Source of the DNA: a virus
DNA: 64,000 nt
IMG/VR virus record: IMGVR_UViG_3300029448_008324
Location: 32,001 to 96,000 of that record
Strand: one strand, 5' to 3'
Each line of letters opens with the position of its first letter. The first letter of the stretch is position 1. Below the pieces are notes generated by a model. It searched no databases. It saw only the letters and a list, made by a program, of their open reading frames with translations, and was not told the origin of the DNA. Below, one piece after another: positions 59,443-64,000 of the stretch. Made by a program: the position numbers and the translations under genes.

Positions 59443-59660
59443 GCAAACGCCCGCCTATCACAGGTTTCATTGGAGTGTTTGAAGAAAACCTTGATAAGTT
59501 GAAAAAAGAATTACAAAAAGAATTGGCACTGCCCAGAGCAGAACGCAAGAAACAACATATTCTCAAACAACTAAAGCATGCTAAAGCATTACGTAACACC
59601 CTCAAAGAAGTCAAAAATGAAGTAACCAGGAAGTGTCCACACTGTGGCGGAGTGTTGTGA
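59439..59660 (+). CDS. Small coiled-coil protein ending CPHCGG
   Basis: Coupled ORF. Confidence 0.65.
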   Translation: MSKRPPITGFIGVFEENLDKLKKELQKELALPRAERKKQHILKQLKHAKALRNTLKEVKNEVTRKCPHCGGVL

Positions 59661-59950
59661 AAAAACTGGTTGATACATTTACGCCTGAATTGGCCGGCTA
59701 TGGTGCAGACCTACTGCCAGCTGGTTATGGTTACAACAAAAGATATAGATATCAAATAAATCTGCAGACATATGGTGTGGGTTGGGAAAAAATTAATTGG
59801 TGTTTAACAAATTGCAAAAGCAAATGGGGTTGGTATTTTAGATTAAAACCAAATGTTGAATGGACAGAGGATTACCAAAATCAAGATGCAATTTTGACTT
59901 TTAAAATGAAAAAAGATGCTGTATACTATAGACTAGCACATGGCGGATAA
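59657..59950 (+). CDS. Hypothetical protein
   Basis: GTGA overlap with the upstream stop. Confidence 0.6.
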   Translation: MKKLVDTFTPELAGYGADLLPAGYGYNKRYRYQINLQTYGVGWEKINWCLTNCKSKWGWYFRLKPNVEWTEDYQNQDAILTFKMKKDAVYYRLAHGG

Positions 59951-59973
59951 AACAAAATTGAGAGAAGTTGTGA

Positions 59974-60537
59974 ATGCCTGACATAGACATTGACTTTGCT
60001 GATAGACAAAAAATACTTGATGTATTGCCTCACACTCGTTCAACCATTTGGGACGACAAAGGCATCAAGCCTCACAACACAGGTGTATACTTTGTGGATG
60101 TGCCAACTATTCCTGGCACTGATCAATCTGCGTTTGATCACAAGGTTGCTGACCAACTTGGCTACTTTAAACTTGACTTTTTGAATGTGAACATTTATTC
60201 ACAGGTCGAATCAAGACAACATCTCGAACAACTGTTTAACCAAGAGCCGCCATGGCACAAACTACAAGACAAAACATTTGTTGATCAACTGTTTCATTTG
60301 AATGGACACTATGACGTGGTGTCAAAGTTACAACCAGTTACACTTGAACAGTTGGCCGCATGTTTGGCCATCATACGTCCTGCCAAAAGATATCTACTGA
60401 ACAAGACATGGAATGAAATATTAGATGAAGTGTGGACGAAACCCACCAATGATCAATATTTTTTTAAAAAAGCACATGCCTTTTCATATGCTGGCGCTGT
60501 GATTGTGCATATGAATCTAATTGACTCTACGAACTAG
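59974..60537 (+). CDS. Miniature DnaE-like (C-family) polymerase catalytic core
   Basis: PDIDIDF, HNTGV, KLDFL, LAIIRP and YFFKKAHAFSY in DnaE order within 187 aa. Confidence 0.85.
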   Translation: MPDIDIDFADRQKILDVLPHTRSTIWDDKGIKPHNTGVYFVDVPTIPGTDQSAFDHKVADQLGYFKLDFLNVNIYSQVESRQHLEQLFNQEPPWHKLQDKTFVDQLFHLNGHYDVVSKLQPVTLEQLAACLAIIRPAKRYLLNKTWNEILDEVWTKPTNDQYFFKKAHAFSYAGAVIVHMNLIDSTN

Positions 60538-60891
60538 TTGCACAGTTTTTCTTCTCACTCTCTTTGACTGTGTGAGATCACTTAGTTGCACTGTAGGCCC
60601 GAACAATATTTCTGTTTCTTTGATGGAAAATGACAACAAAAAGTTTCTAAACATTTCAAAATCGGATCCAATGAAAATATTGATTGGCAATTTGCGATTA
60701 GATTCCCACCACCATGCACGTCCATATTCTAAGAATATTGCTTTGGCTTCCTGTGGCATCACAGCATAATTGTATAATGATATCAGTCTCTGATCGCAAT
60801 TTTGCACAATACCTAGATATTCTTCTTTAACAACTTTGATTAGGGCGAGAAATGGATAATTTGATTGAATATCCTCTAGATCGAACGGCAT
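60517..60891 (-). CDS. Hypothetical late protein
   Basis: YPFL...EYLGIVQN...WWWESNR.LPINIF. Confidence 0.7.
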   Translation of the reverse strand: MPFDLEDIQSNYPFLALIKVVKEEYLGIVQNCDQRLISLYNYAVMPQEAKAIFLEYGRAWWWESNRKLPINIFIGSDFEMFRNFLLSFSIKETEILFGPTVQLSDLTQSKRVRRKTVQLVRRVN

Positions 60892-60958
60892 TTGTTTTAA
60901 TTACCATATGTTCGATCAACCGGCCACAGTTTGTGGTTACATAAATATATCAAATGCC

Positions 60959-61780
60959 ATGCAATATTACAGCGGATACAAACTACCAAACAACTTGGAT
61001 GTGTTCAATCACACATCTGGACTAGAAAGAAGATACGAAAAAGTGTATGAACGTCCTATAAAATTATTCAAAGAGTTTGATAACACCTTCACGATTGTGG
61101 TAAAAAATCAAGATCAAAAGAAACAGTTTGTGAATGGCACCTCTTGCACATTACAAATTAGCGATCAGACAGGTGCATTAGTGGTTGAAAAAATTGGCAC
61201 AATAGCAGACGATGGATCCACTGCAACAACCAAAGGTCATATTACATTTACAATTACTGAATCTGACATGTTGAAGTTAGATCAAATATTTTATCATGGC
61301 GTGCTGAGATTCACAGACACAGATTCCACAGTAAAAGTTTTATATGCAGACACAAGATACAATGCAGCTATACAATTTGAAGTGGTTGGAGATACTTCAC
61401 CTGAGTTTACAGCATCACAGCAGATCACTGAATTCAGTTTCATTGACGGCGAATTTGTTTCAACATCAGTCGACGCCCAACCAAATCGTAATTCAAATTC
61501 TGCACTGCATACAGCAGTGTATTATCTTACTAACTTTTCTGGCACAATTAAAATATTTGGTACAATGACTGACGGAGCGTCATATGCCACTGATTCACAG
61601 CAGTCAGATTTTTACTTAATCAATTCAACAACATTTTCTGAAACCACAGATCGTAAGTTTGTGAACTTTACTGGGATTCACAAACGTGTGGCTTTTGTGG
61701 CACATTATTCAGATGATGCCAGTGCAGCTGACTCGTCGACTGTTTTAGTTGGACTAGATAAAATTTTCTACAGAAGTTAA
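60959..61780 (+). CDS. Virion structural protein (beta-rich)
   Basis: TAAATA upstream; start moved to ATG 60959. Confidence 0.55.
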   Translation: MQYYSGYKLPNNLDVFNHTSGLERRYEKVYERPIKLFKEFDNTFTIVVKNQDQKKQFVNGTSCTLQISDQTGALVVEKIGTIADDGSTATTKGHITFTITESDMLKLDQIFYHGVLRFTDTDSTVKVLYADTRYNAAIQFEVVGDTSPEFTASQQITEFSFIDGEFVSTSVDAQPNRNSNSALHTAVYYLTNFSGTIKIFGTMTDGASYATDSQQSDFYLINSTTFSETTDRKFVNFTGIHKRVAFVAHYSDDASAADSSTVLVGLDKIFYRS

Positions 61781-62938
61781 TTAACCACCAACGTGTGATT
61801 CGTCTGTGCCGAAATCTGTGGCGGCTGTGCTACCAATTGGTTCCATACAGTCGAATATTGTTGTAAGAGCAACGCCAAATGCATCTAACACTGTGGCAGT
61901 TCCTACACCATCAGATCCTTCTTGAAAATCGGTAGCTGATGAATCTGTAGTCAGTGGAAAAGAAGACGCTGTTGAATTGGGGAATCCTGATTTTGCAAAA
62001 TTGTTATTAACATAACTTATTGTTGTAAGGTGATCATCATCGGTGGGTGTAGCTGCGGATGACACCACGCCAGCAACCTGTAGAGTTGATGACAGTTGTA
62101 GTGGTGATGTGACTGATACACTTGAAGAATCTTTAGCTGCAATCTGATCAACTGTGATGTCATCATTTAATGCAAAAGTTACTCCTGTGCCTGCAACTGT
62201 TGGGGTGATCGAATTGCCTGCTCTGAATTCTAAATCGTTAGTGCCTAGTGTGAGTGTTGATGCATTAGAAGATGAATCCGATATTGTAATTAAGGTTGAT
62301 ATATCAACATATGCTTTAATTGATTGTTGTGTGGCCAGTGCGGTTGCTGAATTGGATGACATGTCATCCTCATCAAGTATTGTGCTGACTGCAACTCCGC
62401 CTTGAAAACTAAAATTGCCTGCCACAATTAGTCCATCATTGACAGTGACTGCTGTTGAATCAGATGCTGATATTGTGCTGACATCAAGATTAGATATCCG
62501 CACTGCACTGGAATCTTCAGGTATAATTTCGTTCACCGACACTCTATCTTTGAACACAACAGCGGTAGATCCTTCTGCTGTGATGCTACCTGAAACATGG
62601 AGGTCATCATTGATGAATACTCCACTGGAGTCATTAGAACTAATTGTGTTTGTATCAATTGTGTCAACGCTTAGAGTGCCTGATACGTTTAGATTGTCAG
62701 TCACCTGGACTCCAGTTGAATCAGCTGAGAATAATGTATCAATATCTCCTTGATCAGCAAACTCTATTGCTGTGCCAGATGCATTAACACGCATCACCTG
62801 TCCGGCTGATCCAATAGTGAGTGCAGCTCCTGTGCCACCATGTGTTAATGGAACAGTTTCGCCTGTTTGGAATTCACCAAGACCGGTAGCAACATTGCTA
62901 CTATCAAATACGACTCTTACAGGTGTTTTATCAGTCAT
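61781..62938 (-). CDS. Tail-fibre-like virion protein with DS(S/T) repeats
   Basis: GGTG motif; repeated xDS(S/T)xVxxxDxLxVxG units; TATAAATA upstream. Confidence 0.65.
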   Translation of the reverse strand: MTDKTPVRVVFDSSNVATGLGEFQTGETVPLTHGGTGAALTIGSAGQVMRVNASGTAIEFADQGDIDTLFSADSTGVQVTDNLNVSGTLSVDTIDTNTISSNDSSGVFINDDLHVSGSITAEGSTAVVFKDRVSVNEIIPEDSSAVRISNLDVSTISASDSTAVTVNDGLIVAGNFSFQGGVAVSTILDEDDMSSNSATALATQQSIKAYVDISTLITISDSSSNASTLTLGTNDLEFRAGNSITPTVAGTGVTFALNDDITVDQIAAKDSSSVSVTSPLQLSSTLQVAGVVSSAATPTDDDHLTTISYVNNNFAKSGFPNSTASSFPLTTDSSATDFQEGSDGVGTATVLDAFGVALTTIFDCMEPIGSTAATDFGTDESHVGG

Positions 62939-62957
62939 GTGTGATATTTATAGTGAA

Positions 62958-63830
62958 TTAAAATTGAAACAGAGTCACTGTATCTTGTTGTGTTAGGTTA
63001 GTGCCATCGGTCAGTGTAAAGGTTTGCTGTGCTTGTGTATATACAGGTTCAGTGTCAATAGTAGCATTGAACTCTAGTTCGATATCTGCCGTTTTAGATA
63101 ACAACTGAGCATCTGTAAATGTTGTGGATCCATCACTTACAAATACCTTGACTTTTTGAATTGGCCTTGCTCCAGTGCCTGCTGTGGCACCAACAATTTG
63201 GAGTTTGTTGTTTTCCACTTTGCTGTTTGCTGGCAGTGTTGCTCCTGTGGCAGAAATAGATATTGCTCCAGAACCATCTGATGAAATTGTTGCTCCGCCT
63301 ATGTCTATTGTTTCACTTGCCAAGAATGCAGTTTTCCATCTTCTAGTTGGTGAGCCTAAATCATACGTGTTGTTGGAAGCAGGTATAAGATGTCCGTCAA
63401 ATTCAAATCCAACTGCACTGTCGTCAATGGTAAACGTGTTGCCTGCAATTCTAATGTTTTCAATTCCCACGCCAACTGTGCTACTATCTTGCACAGACAA
63501 TTTGGTTCCTTCTATTTGTAGGTCACCTAGATCAGCCGAGCCTCCGCCGCCGCTTATTGTAATTGTTTTTGTTGCGCCATCACCAGTGACTTCGACTGCT
63601 GATCCAACAAAGTTTAGTGTGGTGGCAGCGGTGGATAAAGATGATCCTTCATCTTGGACTGTGAGAGAACTGCCTCCTCCGCTAGTGGTGACTATCGTGC
63701 CACCTGGAGTTACACCGTCGCCTATTCTAAGTTGCCCAGTGACTGTGTCATGAGCTAGATATGTGTCTTCAATGACATGTGTGGTAATGTCTCTGTTTTT
63801 GAAGGATCCTTTTATTTTTCTAAAGGCCAT
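62958..63830 (-). CDS. Tail-fibre-like virion protein
   Basis: LRIGDGVTPGG, TVQDEG..L..A.TLNFVG, YDLGSPTRRW. Confidence 0.7.
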   Translation of the reverse strand: MAFRKIKGSFKNRDITTHVIEDTYLAHDTVTGQLRIGDGVTPGGTIVTTSGGGSSLTVQDEGSSLSTAATTLNFVGSAVEVTGDGATKTITISGGGGSADLGDLQIEGTKLSVQDSSTVGVGIENIRIAGNTFTIDDSAVGFEFDGHLIPASNNTYDLGSPTRRWKTAFLASETIDIGGATISSDGSGAISISATGATLPANSKVENNKLQIVGATAGTGARPIQKVKVFVSDGSTTFTDAQLLSKTADIELEFNATIDTEPVYTQAQQTFTLTDGTNLTQQDTVTLFQF

Positions 63831-63839
63831 TTTGGATTT

Positions 63840-63998
63840 CTATTTCAGTTCATCAAGCAGTGCTTTAAACTGTGCGAGTTCATCTGTTTCTTCGTTGACA
63901 TCATCTTCTGCACCCACTTCTTCGTCATCATCAGTAAGTTCATCAATTACTGGTGATTCTTTGCCTTGTGCAGCTTTGGCTAATTCAACTTCTTGTTG
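63840..63998 (-). CDS. 3' end of an acidic protein (partial)
   Basis: QQEVELAKAAQGKESPVIDELTDDDEE...LK-stop. Confidence 0.6.
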   Translation of the reverse strand, partial: QQEVELAKAAQGKESPVIDELTDDDEEVGAEDDVNEETDELAQFKALLDELK

Positions 63999-64000
63999 CA

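Overview
AT-rich, gene-dense 64 kb segment of a large T4-like tailed phage (myovirus), probably aquatic and infecting an alphaproteobacterium (inferred from the HIG1-like, FdxA and adrenodoxin-type ferredoxin, KdsA and NCS2 genes). It uses the standard genetic code. Layout: (1-17 kb) neck, tail, head-completion and terminase genes; (17-20 kb) gp32-UvsX-UvsY; (20-31 kb) accessory block with a B12-radical SAM, a chain of small ORFs, a purine permease, three intact tRNAs, two degenerate tRNAs, a ferredoxin and radical SAM enzymes; (31-51 kb) a very large sugar synthesis, transfer and tailoring locus; (52-61 kb) UvsW, KdsA, clamp-loader subunit, FdxA, amidinotransferase and a miniature DnaE-like polymerase core; (61-64 kb) virion or fibre proteins. 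Most notable: (i) a possible phage-encoded Kdo/nonulosonate-type glycan pathway, together with a repeated D-S-(S/T) motif in virion proteins; (ii) a window-wide TAAATA/TAATTA-N5-7-start-codon layout pointing to leaderless late mRNAs; (iii) a 187-aa collapsed C-family polymerase; (iv) five radical SAM enzymes with their own ferredoxins. All family calls come from motifs recognised by eye; no database searches were run.
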